Source: a virus (taxonomy: Duplodnaviria; Caudoviricetes). From it: DNA of 37,191 nucleotides. A model generated the notes under the pieces. That model saw nothing but the letters and a program-made list of their open reading frames with translations, ran no database searches and was not told where the DNA came from. How positions within the stretch are numbered: the first letter of the stretch is position 1; each line of letters begins with the position of its first letter. Position numbers and translations under genes: made by a program. Positions 1 to 8,580 of this stretch are shown here, in pieces. The stretch covers positions 1-37,191 of IMG/VR virus record IMGVR_UViG_3300014775_000501. One strand, given 5' to 3'.

Positions 1-250
1 GGTACGAAACGCTTAAACTATTTAATACTTGTATAGAACGACTTAAGGAAGATTACGATATAGAAGTAGTAGCTGTGGGTTCTGAGCCAGGAGATAAGCA
101 AATATGTGAAGCTTTAAATTATAACTACGTACAAGCTCCTAATAATCCACTAGGAGGTAAATTAAACTACGGTTTAAAAGCGTGTAAAAGATTAGAAAGT
201 GATGCTGTTTTAATGTTAGGTAGTGATGATATACTATCTAGCAACGTTAT
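1..250. repeat. Terminal direct repeat, copy 1 (circular overlap)
   Basis: GGTACGAAACGC...GCAACGTTAT at 1-250 is repeated at 36942-37191. Confidence 0.97.
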
Positions 251-668
251 GCTTTATTACATTCAACAATTAAAGAAAGGTTTTGATTTTATAGGATTCT
301 TAGATTGCTATTTTATGAACTTAGAAAGCGGTGATATGATCTACTGGAAAGGTTACAGAGGTCAAAGAGCAGGAGAGCCTATAGGAGCGTGGAGATGTTT
401 ATCACGTAACTTATTAAATAAGCTTAATTGGGAAGCTTGGGACAATCAACATCACTCTGTAGATTACACAATGTGGAACAAACTAAAAGGAGTTAAGAAA
501 CACGTAACTAGATGTAAAGATAAATTCTTATTAGTTGACTTAAAAACTAGTGAAAATGTAACTAAATTTCGTAAATTTGATAATAGTGAAATCGTTCATA
601 CTAAGACAGTTTTAAACGACTATCTACCAAAACAAGAAATATTTAAAATACTAAACTATGGGAAGTAA
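3..668 (+). CDS. GT-A fold (GT2-like) glycosyltransferase, 3' part; the true start is ATG 36908 across the circular join (233 aa total)
   Basis: Joined ORF begins MKFTILVPVWRRYETL (GT2 first strand), contains LGGKLNYGL and the DxD-type motif VLMLGSDD. Confidence 0.8.
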   Translation, partial: YETLKLFNTCIERLKEDYDIEVVAVGSEPGDKQICEALNYNYVQAPNNPLGGKLNYGLKACKRLESDAVLMLGSDDILSSNVMLYYIQQLKKGFDFIGFLDCYFMNLESGDMIYWKGYRGQRAGEPIGAWRCLSRNLLNKLNWEAWDNQHHSVDYTMWNKLKGVKKHVTRCKDKFLLVDLKTSENVTKFRKFDNSEIVHTKTVLNDYLPKQEIFKILNYGK

Positions 669-1281
669 TATTTATCAAGACGAAAACAACAACGTACACC
701 CTACAGCATGGATTGATCCTACTGTTAAACTAGGTAAAGGAAATACTATAGGAGCTTTTACGGTTATTCATGCAGGAGTAACAATAGGAGATAATAACGT
801 AATAGGCTCACATACTGTAATTGGAGGTAATGGAGAAATTAGAGATGCTTCTAACTTTCAAGGTAAGATCAAAATAGGCTCTAGAAACTTAATTAATCAT
901 CACGTAACAATAGACAAACCTATAAGCGGTTATACTGTAGTAGGAGATGATAACTTTATTATGACCAAAGCACATTTAGGACATGATGCTATAGTAAGTA
1001 ATAATGTAACTATTTCTAGCGGTGCAATGATTGGAGGACATACACAAATTCACGATTACGCAAATATAGGCTTAAATGCTGAAATACATCAAAGAAAAAT
1101 TATCGGACAAGGGGCTATGGTTGGCATGGGTAGTAGCATTATTAAAAATGTTCTTCCATTTACTAAAGTGGTTTCTGTCAACACAGTTATAGGATACAAC
1201 AAAATGAAAATAAATCAACTAGACTTATCTATGCGTGAAGTTATGATTTTAGGTAGAGAATTTGAAAAAGATTTTGAATGA
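658..1281 (+). CDS. LpxA-like left-handed beta-helix (hexapeptide repeat) acyltransferase
   Basis: VHPTAWID start, [IV]Gxxxx hexapeptide repeats, and LpxA signature segments AHLGHD, GGH, IHQ, VGMGS. Confidence 0.85.
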   Translation: MGSNIYQDENNNVHPTAWIDPTVKLGKGNTIGAFTVIHAGVTIGDNNVIGSHTVIGGNGEIRDASNFQGKIKIGSRNLINHHVTIDKPISGYTVVGDDNFIMTKAHLGHDAIVSNNVTISSGAMIGGHTQIHDYANIGLNAEIHQRKIIGQGAMVGMGSSIIKNVLPFTKVVSVNTVIGYNKMKINQLDLSMREVMILGREFEKDFE

Positions 1282-2039
1282 AATTAGCAGCTTGTTATAC
1301 AGTATTTAACGGAATAGAACTATTAGATGATGCTATAGAATCCGTAAAGAGTGAAGTAGATGAGATTATTATTAGTTATCAGTTAGTAAGTAACTACGGT
1401 AATATATCCGATGAGTTTTTATACTGGAAAGATAAGAATCCACAATATACTTACATAGAGTTTAATCCTGATCTAAGTGTAGATGCTAAAACAAATGAAA
1501 AGAAGAAACATCAAGGACTAATAGAAAAAGCTAGAGAGTTAGGTTGTTCTCACTTCTTTTTAAGCGCTACGGATCACTTATATGTTACAAAAGAGTTACA
1601 ATATGCTAAAAAAGTAGTGGAAAGTGATAATCTTGTAACAACATATACTAAGATGAAAACATACTTTAAGTCTAACGATATGTGTTTAGCTCCTTATGAG
1701 AGTTATTATATGCCGTTTATTTGTTCTGTAAGAGTGAATATGGGAACGAAAGCACCAGTAGTAGTTGATCCTTCTTGTATGTTTAGACCGTTTAACCCTT
1801 CTTATGTGTTTGATGCAGAGGAGGTTTTAATGCACCATTTTAGTTGGTTAAGGCATGATATTAGTTCTAAGTTAGAAAACGCAGCGGCTAAAGTTAATTG
1901 GTTAGATAGAGTAGAAGAATTTAAAGAGAAGTACAATAATTTCAAGTTAGGTGATAAATTTCCTTATTATCCAAATCATGAGATAGTAAAATGTAAACCT
2001 ATTTTTAAAATTCGTACTTTTTTTAAGACTAAAAACTAA
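1278..2039 (+). CDS. Glycosyltransferase-like protein (GT-A fold, divergent)
   Basis: N-terminal ACYTVFNGIELLDDAIESV..VDEIII, degenerate DxD (FFLSATDH), late MHHFSWLR..KLEN motif. Confidence 0.65.
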   Translation: MKLAACYTVFNGIELLDDAIESVKSEVDEIIISYQLVSNYGNISDEFLYWKDKNPQYTYIEFNPDLSVDAKTNEKKKHQGLIEKARELGCSHFFLSATDHLYVTKELQYAKKVVESDNLVTTYTKMKTYFKSNDMCLAPYESYYMPFICSVRVNMGTKAPVVVDPSCMFRPFNPSYVFDAEEVLMHHFSWLRHDISSKLENAAAKVNWLDRVEEFKEKYNNFKLGDKFPYYPNHEIVKCKPIFKIRTFFKTKN

Positions 2040-2048
2040 ATATATTTA
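2003..2048 (+). promoter_or_regulatory. Putative late promoter motif upstream of portal
   Basis: TTTTAAAATTCGTACTTTTTTT (identical 22-mer at 25407) followed by TATATTTA at 2041. Confidence 0.55.
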
Positions 2049-2065
2049 TTAATATTTCGCGAAAA

Positions 2066-3331
2066 ATGGAGGAAAACACTCAAAAAAGTAACGTATTCTT
2101 TGTTAATTTAACTACTGAGAGCGTAGCACCTAATATTAATACTAGGCTACACAAGAAAAAAGACTGGGTTTTCTTCGGTAAAGATAACTTGTTTCCTCAG
2201 TATTTAATTGAATTAGCAGATAATTGCGCTATTCATAATGCACTTTTAGAAACTAAACATAAATTTATTCAAGGTCAAGGATTCGCTTTTGAAGGTAAGA
2301 CTAGCCAAATAAAGAAAGCTGAAGCTTTTGTAGAGTCATTAGATAAAGACTTTTTAAGAAAGACGGCAGTAGATTGTTCTTACTTCGATGGTTTCTATTG
2401 GCAAATGTTAGAAACTAGAGGAGGCGGTGTAAGTAGCTTAAAGCACGTAGATTTTTCTTATATAAGATCGGGTAAGATGGACGATATGGGTAACGTAGAA
2501 GAGTTTTATTTCTCACCTGATTGGGAATACGCTACTAAGAAAACAAACTTTAAACCAGAAGAAGAGATTTATAAGCCTAAGCCTATTGCAAAATGGGGTA
2601 GCTCTGATAGAAATCTAATAAGAGAAAGAGGTCAATTAGTACAAGGTAAGTTTTATAAACCTGGGAAGTTATTCTATGCAGAGCCTTCATACATTGGAGC
2701 GTTAAACTATATCGAAATATCTTCACAAATAGCAGAGCTTCACAAAAACAATATTGATAATGGTATGGTAGGTTCTATGCACATCCATTTATTCGAAGAT
2801 CTAAGCGATGCTACTAAGCGTAAGAAAGTAGAGAAAGCTATTAATGATAAATTTGTAGGAAGTGAAAACGCAGGAAAAGTAGTTGTAACATGGTCAACTA
2901 ATCCTGATGTAAAAACAGAGATAGAAGCTATTCCAGTAAACGATTCGCACGATATGTACGCGCATTTAAGCGGTAAAGTAAACGAGGAAATAGTAGCAGC
3001 TCACAGAGTACCGTTAAGTTTAGCAGGTGTAAAAGTATCGACTGGTTTACAATCAGACGAGAGTGTTAACAGAGTATCAATGGAATACTTTCAAAATACT
3101 GTTATTAAACCTTTTCAACAGCTTATTTGTTCTAAACTACAAGAAGTATTAAGCTTTAACGGTATCGAAGTAGAATGTATGATTAAACCTTCACAACCTA
3201 TTGATATTTTAGCTAGTGAATCGTTAATTACTCAAGTAATGACTAAAAACGAGATTAGAACTAAAATCTTAGGACTTGACGAAATCGAAGGAGGAGATAG
3301 TTTTGAAGTTAAACAACAAACAGAAGAGTAA
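2066..3331 (+). CDS. Portal protein
   Basis: 421 aa; FGKDNLFPQYL, YAEPSY, GSENAGK and IVAAHRVP..LAGV segments resemble Bacteroidota phage portals. Confidence 0.85.
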   Translation: MEENTQKSNVFFVNLTTESVAPNINTRLHKKKDWVFFGKDNLFPQYLIELADNCAIHNALLETKHKFIQGQGFAFEGKTSQIKKAEAFVESLDKDFLRKTAVDCSYFDGFYWQMLETRGGGVSSLKHVDFSYIRSGKMDDMGNVEEFYFSPDWEYATKKTNFKPEEEIYKPKPIAKWGSSDRNLIRERGQLVQGKFYKPGKLFYAEPSYIGALNYIEISSQIAELHKNNIDNGMVGSMHIHLFEDLSDATKRKKVEKAINDKFVGSENAGKVVVTWSTNPDVKTEIEAIPVNDSHDMYAHLSGKVNEEIVAAHRVPLSLAGVKVSTGLQSDESVNRVSMEYFQNTVIKPFQQLICSKLQEVLSFNGIEVECMIKPSQPIDILASESLITQVMTKNEIRTKILGLDEIEGGDSFEVKQQTEE

Positions 3332-4572
3332 TGGCATTAGATATAGGAGTATTTTTAGACACTATTAAGAACTTATTTAAAAGTAAGGTATCGAGTAATG
3401 ATACTCAGCCAGACTATTTGATTAATAAGTTTACTTCTAGTGATGCTTCGGTAACGATAACGGAAACTAATGACGGAGGAGTAGAACAGATTAATCTACA
3501 AAGCGCAGGAGGTTCTAGTCCTTTAACTACTAAAGGTGATTTATACACTTATGATACTGGGGATGCTAGATTAGGAGTAGGTACTGACGGACACGTTTTG
3601 ACTGCTGATAGTACTCAATCTACTGGTATTAAATGGGCGGCGGCTTCTGGAGCAGGAAACACTATTTACACTGCTGACGATACTATATCTGATTTAGCTA
3701 GAGTTGTAACTTTAGCGGGTAGCACTACTACTGCAAGCTTAACCTTTGAAAATTTAGCAGGTACGGATTCTTTAAGAATTGATGGTGCTGGAAATGTATA
3801 TCATCAAGGAGGTGCAAATGTTAACAATAACACTGTTTTCGGTCTTAACGCTATTCCAACAGGCACAGGTTCATTTAATACTGTTTTTGGTAATGGAGCT
3901 ATGCAAAATGCAACAACTGCTGCTAGTTCTGTAGCGATAGGTTGGCAAGCATTAAACTCTATTACTTTTGGAAATAGTAATGTAGCAATAGGTAGACAAG
4001 CAGGATTTAGTGTGTTTGGTGGTGGAGAAAGCAACGTTTTAATAGGATATCAAGCAGGTTATAACATAACTTTCGGTGACCATCATATAGCAATAGGGGC
4101 AGGAACAGCTCCTTCAGTTACTTCTGTAAGTAATGGAATATCAATAGGTGGACAAGCAGATGGTAATGGTAATGCTTCAATAGCAATAGGACGTTTAGCA
4201 GCAACTAATGCTAATTACTCAATGTGTTTAAATTCTGCCCAAGCTTCAAGAACAAACACAACAGCAAATAGTTTAGAAGTTTATGTTGATAATGTTGGTA
4301 CAGACGCTGTATTTAAAGTAGCTCAAACAGCTGATTCTTATTATGGTGGTACGGGTTCTTTTGGATTTGGAACTACTACACCAAGTGCAAACGCAGCGGT
4401 AGAAATAACAACAACAACAAAAGCTAGTTTAAAACTTACACCAATGACGGCAGCACAAGCTAGTGCTTTAACGGCAGAAGAAGGATCTATAGTTATGGTT
4501 TCAGATACAGACGCAACATTTACAAGTATAGGTTTATGGGGTTATCAAAATGCAGCATGGGCAAAATTATAA
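3331..4572 (+). CDS. Fibre/adhesin-like virion protein with YadA-head-like repeats
   Basis: G/T/A/S-rich; TTKGDL..RLGVGTDGHVLTADS fibre motif; ~14-aa repeats NTVFG, SVAIG, NVAIG, NVLIG, HIAIG. Confidence 0.7.
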   Translation: MALDIGVFLDTIKNLFKSKVSSNDTQPDYLINKFTSSDASVTITETNDGGVEQINLQSAGGSSPLTTKGDLYTYDTGDARLGVGTDGHVLTADSTQSTGIKWAAASGAGNTIYTADDTISDLARVVTLAGSTTTASLTFENLAGTDSLRIDGAGNVYHQGGANVNNNTVFGLNAIPTGTGSFNTVFGNGAMQNATTAASSVAIGWQALNSITFGNSNVAIGRQAGFSVFGGGESNVLIGYQAGYNITFGDHHIAIGAGTAPSVTSVSNGISIGGQADGNGNASIAIGRLAATNANYSMCLNSAQASRTNTTANSLEVYVDNVGTDAVFKVAQTADSYYGGTGSFGFGTTTPSANAAVEITTTTKASLKLTPMTAAQASALTAEEGSIVMVSDTDATFTSIGLWGYQNAAWAKL

Positions 4573-4575
4573 TAT

Positions 4576-4890
4576 ATGGCAATTAAAGTAACAAATACAA
4601 CACAAACAAGCGAAGGAACTACAACTGAATTATATTTTCATATTGTAGAGTTTTACCGTAACAAAGAAGGCAAATCACAATTTCCAGTTAAGTATTTCTT
4701 AGACGAAACAAAAACTAAAGAAGTTAAAATATTTGAAGGAGATCTAAAGTTAAGATACGACTTTGATATTAGCGAAGAAATCGGAAGTGATAAAATTGAA
4801 AAAATAGCTTACGATAAAATCGGAGAAGAATTAAAAGCTGCAGGTTTAACGGTTCAAAGTGATGAAACGGGAGCTTGGGTAAACTACTAA
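4576..4890 (+). CDS. Hypothetical protein (possible fibre-associated protein)
   Basis: 104-aa ORF immediately after the fibre-like gene. Confidence 0.6.
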   Translation: MAIKVTNTTQTSEGTTTELYFHIVEFYRNKEGKSQFPVKYFLDETKTKEVKIFEGDLKLRYDFDISEEIGSDKIEKIAYDKIGEELKAAGLTVQSDETGAWVNY

Positions 4891-4893
4891 CAC

Positions 4894-5061
4894 ATGAATA
4901 ACGACGTAACAAACTTAAAAGAAGTATTTAGTTTAGCTATTAAAGAAAATAATAGAGATAGAAATGCGATACTTTATTTAATGCAACTAGAAGAGAAACT
5001 AATTAAATTACTAGAAAATGAGTCTAGCGGAGACGAAACTAATAACGGAGCAAGAGGTTAA
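4894..5061 (+). CDS. Small hypothetical protein (55 aa, not in ORF track)
   Basis: ATG 4894, MNNDVTNLKEVFSLAIKENN...NNGARG*, fills the gap before 5018. Confidence 0.5.
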   Translation: MNNDVTNLKEVFSLAIKENNRDRNAILYLMQLEEKLIKLLENESSGDETNNGARG

Positions 5062-5608
5062 GAACTATACGGACTTACCGAACAACTTAAAGACTAGTAA
5101 CCTTAGTTTTAGTATTACGGTTGCTCAAGATCTTTATATTCGTTCGGCAATAGGAGAGGACTTATATAGTGAGCTTTTAGATCAAACTCAAAACGATACT
5201 TTAACCGCTTTAAATCTAACTCTATTAAACGGAGATAATAGATTGTTTAGAGGTATTAAATTCGCTTTAGCTTGGTGGGTAGCTTATGAGGTTTATCCTT
5301 ACTTACATACTAAAGTAACTCCTACGGGTATACAAACTAAATCAACTGATGAAGCAATTAGTGCTGACTCAAGAGATGTAGAAATGCGTAGAAACATTGC
5401 TAAAAAGAAAGCAGAGTACTATTTAGATCAACTAATTAAGTATTTATGTGATAAAGATACTGACTATCCATTATTTAGAGATAACTCACTAGATAATACT
5501 ACAATGCTTTATGATGGTTATGGTCAAAGCGGTATAGTATTAGACGACGAGGATTACTACGAAGAATGGGAAAGAAAGAAAAGACTAACTAGAGAAGATT
5601 TAGATTAA
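5018..5608 (+). CDS. Head-tail adaptor/connector-like protein (DUF6712-like)
   Basis: AQDLYIRSAIGEDLY..L, IKFALAWW, AEYYLDQLIKYL...DYP pattern; close to portal. Confidence 0.6.
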   Translation: MSLAETKLITEQEVKNYTDLPNNLKTSNLSFSITVAQDLYIRSAIGEDLYSELLDQTQNDTLTALNLTLLNGDNRLFRGIKFALAWWVAYEVYPYLHTKVTPTGIQTKSTDEAISADSRDVEMRRNIAKKKAEYYLDQLIKYLCDKDTDYPLFRDNSLDNTTMLYDGYGQSGIVLDDEDYYEEWERKKRLTREDLD

Positions 5609-6000
5609 TGGCTACTTTTGTACAAAACGGAGATAAAGTAAGAATAACTATAGGTTCATCTACTTACGACTACAACCTAAGAGAAGTAGACTATGCTCAC
5701 AACGGTACTACTATAACTGTAGAAACCGATGGGTATACTAGACACAATATAGCTTATTCAGACGTAACTTCTCCAAGTAGTACAGACATACAAGACTTAG
5801 TAGATCAGTTAAATGCTTTTAAAATAACAAATACCGTTAGTATAGATACGGATGGTTTAGCAACTGATACTAACCAAGAAACACAAATAGACTCATTAGA
5901 GAACATAGATTTAAACACTTTAAATTCTAAACAATTATTACAAACATTAATAGAATTACAAATAGAGACAAATAACTTATTAAAATTAATACTTAGTTAA
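5608..6000 (+). CDS. Hypothetical virion-associated protein
   Basis: 130-aa T/D/N-rich ORF, TAATG-coupled to the previous gene. Confidence 0.55.
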   Translation: MATFVQNGDKVRITIGSSTYDYNLREVDYAHNGTTITVETDGYTRHNIAYSDVTSPSSTDIQDLVDQLNAFKITNTVSIDTDGLATDTNQETQIDSLENIDLNTLNSKQLLQTLIELQIETNNLLKLILS

Positions 6001-6001
6001 G

Positions 6002-6589
6002 ATGAATATTTATTTAAGAGATCCACAAACAGAACAAGGTCAAAAAGTTGATTCAAAAGGTAGAGGATTAGTTGCTTCAACTTCTTTTACAAGATACGAA
6101 CAAGCTTCAGCAGATGGAAACGCTTTTAATGTAAATACTGAATACATTAGAAGCATTACAAGTGCAGGAGATAACGGTATTTTATATTTAAAAAATACGT
6201 CAGACAATGAAGTAGCTATTGAAGCTTGGTTCTGGGGTATTGAAAATTTAAGCGGAGGTACTCCTACGGGTAACCCTATTTTGAAAGCATTTTATAATCC
6301 TACTGGAGGGACGTTAATTAGTGATGCTAATACAGTAAATTTAGTTAATAGAAACGCAGGTAGCTCTGAAACTTTTGGAGATGTTATAGCTTATAGTGCT
6401 ACTGGAACGGGTAAAACTGTAACGGGTACGACAGACCCAGTACTTTATCAATTACAAGGTTCTGGTAGAACGTTTGGAACTATTTTCCTTACTTTACCTA
6501 AAAACAGTTCTGTGGCTATAACTATTGATATAGCAGGATATGCTACTGCTGATGTTTACGCTGGGTTTACTGGTTTTTATAATATTTAA
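6002..6589 (+). CDS. Hypothetical beta-rich virion-associated protein
   Basis: 195 aa, G/T/S-rich, in the structural block. Confidence 0.55.
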   Translation: MNIYLRDPQTEQGQKVDSKGRGLVASTSFTRYEQASADGNAFNVNTEYIRSITSAGDNGILYLKNTSDNEVAIEAWFWGIENLSGGTPTGNPILKAFYNPTGGTLISDANTVNLVNRNAGSSETFGDVIAYSATGTGKTVTGTTDPVLYQLQGSGRTFGTIFLTLPKNSSVAITIDIAGYATADVYAGFTGFYNI

Positions 6590-6591
6590 GA

Positions 6592-7212
6592 ATGAGCATA
6601 AAAACTCAAATAGTAGGAGGCAATGGTAAGGCATTATCTTTAGATGATGAAGGTAATGCTAACGTAGTAATCCATAAGCATCCTCCGCTGGATGATAAAT
6701 ATACTTTACTTCCTCTTAGAAGCTACTTTACAAACAATAGTAGCAGAGATATGGATGTAGATGGTTCTGTAAATAGTGTTGACTTTTCTATTGATGCTGA
6801 TAATATATTTAATAAGTCAATCAAGTCAATGTTTGTTAGTATAGTAGACGCAGGTGCTAGTTTATCAGAATTTGGTAACCTACCTGCTTTAACTAACGGA
6901 GTTGAGTTTATATGGGAGTCACAAGACTTTGGTCAAATTGTAATAGCCGATGAATTAAAATCTAACTTTGATTTCGTTGCTTTTGGTGGTGGCTCTCCTG
7001 CTTTTGGTAATGGATCAACATCTTTTATAGCTCCTAATGTTATAGGAAATGAAGAAGCTATTATCTCATTTATAGATTTTCAAAAGCTATTTGGTTTTGA
7101 GTATGGTATTCCATTAAGAAAAGGAACTAAAGACAGATTGTTATTTAGAATTAATGATAATGTAAGTGCTGTAACTTCCTTTACAGCTATAGGTTACGGT
7201 AATCAATTTTAA
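6592..7212 (+). CDS. Hypothetical beta-rich virion-associated protein
   Basis: 206 aa, in the structural block. Confidence 0.55.
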   Translation: MSIKTQIVGGNGKALSLDDEGNANVVIHKHPPLDDKYTLLPLRSYFTNNSSRDMDVDGSVNSVDFSIDADNIFNKSIKSMFVSIVDAGASLSEFGNLPALTNGVEFIWESQDFGQIVIADELKSNFDFVAFGGGSPAFGNGSTSFIAPNVIGNEEAIISFIDFQKLFGFEYGIPLRKGTKDRLLFRINDNVSAVTSFTAIGYGNQF

Positions 7213-7214
7213 TT

Positions 7215-7568
7215 ATGACACTAACACAAAATACTACTAATGACTTGATATTTTACGCGGCTAGTTCTTTAACTAGTCCGTATTATCTTGTTAGAATGGT
7301 TAACCAAAACACTAATAAAGAGTTCGCTTACATTGTTACTGATTTAGCTTCTTGTCCTTTTGTGGTTGCTCAAATGACAGAACCAGGAAGAACGGGAATC
7401 GATGATGCAGTGAATGGAACTCTTAAACTAGACACTGGTTACTATCACATTTATCTATACGATCAAGCATCTTCAACGAATCTAGACTATACGTTATCGA
7501 ATGAATTATTACTAACTGAAATGGGTTACGTATTTAGTGATGAGGATTTTAATAGAAACTTTTTGTAA
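7215..7568 (+). CDS. Hypothetical structural protein
   Basis: 117-aa ORF with PYYL and GYYHIYLYDQ..STNLD, coupled to the next gene. Confidence 0.55.
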   Translation: MTLTQNTTNDLIFYAASSLTSPYYLVRMVNQNTNKEFAYIVTDLASCPFVVAQMTEPGRTGIDDAVNGTLKLDTGYYHIYLYDQASSTNLDYTLSNELLLTEMGYVFSDEDFNRNFL

Positions 7569-7774
7569 TGGAACAACAAATTAAAGATCTTAACGATAAA
7601 ATAGATAAAATGTATCTAGCGATAGTAGGAGATGAAGAGCTAGGAGTAGACGGGTTAGCGGATAAAGTGAAAAAGAACTCTGATTATATTGAGCAGGACA
7701 AGAAAATGAAGTGGACAGCAGCGGGGGTAATTACAGCAGCTAGTTCGTTTATTTCGTGGTTAATTGGAGATTAA
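7568..7774 (+). CDS. Small coiled-coil protein with C-terminal membrane segment (holin-like)
   Basis: Hydrophobic C-terminus WTAAGVITAASSFISWLIG; directly upstream of the endolysin. Confidence 0.55.
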   Translation: MEQQIKDLNDKIDKMYLAIVGDEELGVDGLADKVKKNSDYIEQDKKMKWTAAGVITAASSFISWLIGD

Positions 7775-7790
7775 TTAGTATATTAGTGTT

Positions 7791-8237
7791 ATGAAGTTTT
7801 CAGAAACATCTAAAAAGCGTTTAGCAACTTGTGATCCTTATTTAGTTAAGGTAATGAATAAAGCTATAGAATTAAGTCCTATCGACTTTGGAATAGCTCA
7901 AGGTTCAAGAACGGTAGAACAACAAAAAAAGTATTTTAACGAAGGTAAATCAAAGATTAACCCAGATAACTATACTATCGAAGAACTACCTTTAAAAGCA
8001 AAGCATATAGTAACTAATGATTATCCATTATCGAGAGCTGTAGACATTTACGCCTGGATTCCAGGTAAAGGAGCTTCATGGGATTCTAAACAATTATTAG
8101 TTATTATAGGAGTTGTACTAGCAGTAGATAAGATGTACGAAAATAGATTAAGATCTGGAGCTAATTGGGATATGGACGGAGAGTTTATGACCGATCAAAG
8201 GTTTCAAGATTTACCACACTTTGAATTAATTAAATAA
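7791..8237 (+). CDS. Endolysin, M15-family (L-Ala-D-Glu type) zinc peptidase
   Basis: GSRTVEQQ, KH...AVD, LRSGANW and DLPHFE motifs as in T5/Ply500-type lysins. Confidence 0.9.
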   Translation: MKFSETSKKRLATCDPYLVKVMNKAIELSPIDFGIAQGSRTVEQQKKYFNEGKSKINPDNYTIEELPLKAKHIVTNDYPLSRAVDIYAWIPGKGASWDSKQLLVIIGVVLAVDKMYENRLRSGANWDMDGEFMTDQRFQDLPHFELIK

Positions 8238-8240
8238 TAT

Positions 8241-8501
8241 ATGAAACTAAAAAGTATTTTAAAAGGGTTTTTAACTGGAGCATTAAAAGCTGTGCCGATT
8301 GTAGGTAATATCGCTACAGAGGTTAAAGAACAAGTAGAAAATGATGTAGAACACTCTGCTAAAGGTAAAATAGATTATGCTAGACTATTCGGTTACGTGA
8401 TTATGGCTATTATTGTTGTATCTGTAATTATCGGTAAATTAGATCTAGAAGATGCAGAGGTATTAATTAAGAAATTAAATTTATTCTCTTTCTTTCAGTA
8501 G
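8241..8501 (+). CDS. Holin-like membrane protein
   Basis: Transmembrane stretch LFGYVIMAIIVVSVIIG; follows the endolysin. Confidence 0.55.
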   Translation: MKLKSILKGFLTGALKAVPIVGNIATEVKEQVENDVEHSAKGKIDYARLFGYVIMAIIVVSVIIGKLDLEDAEVLIKKLNLFSFFQ

Positions 8502-8534
8502 GGATTTTTCATAGTTTTAGGTTTTTGATTTCAG

Positions 8535-8563
8535 AAGAGGTTGTCTATATGGCAACCTTTTTT
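8535..8563 (+). terminator. Intrinsic terminator ending the late/lysis transcript
   Basis: AGGTTGTC-TATAT-GGCAACCT hairpin followed by a T run. Confidence 0.8.
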
Positions 8564-8580
8564 GTTGAAATTATTCTGTT

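Noticed and set aside
75-668. ORF-track start at GTG 75
   Set aside because: The frame is open upstream through the circular join to ATG 36908, which supplies the GT2 first strand
2018-2066. T TTT TTT heptamer near the end of the 1278 gene, whose -1 frame is the portal frame (possible GT-portal fusion)
   Set aside because: The -1 frame hits TAA at 2024-2026 immediately, and the +1 frame also stops before 2066
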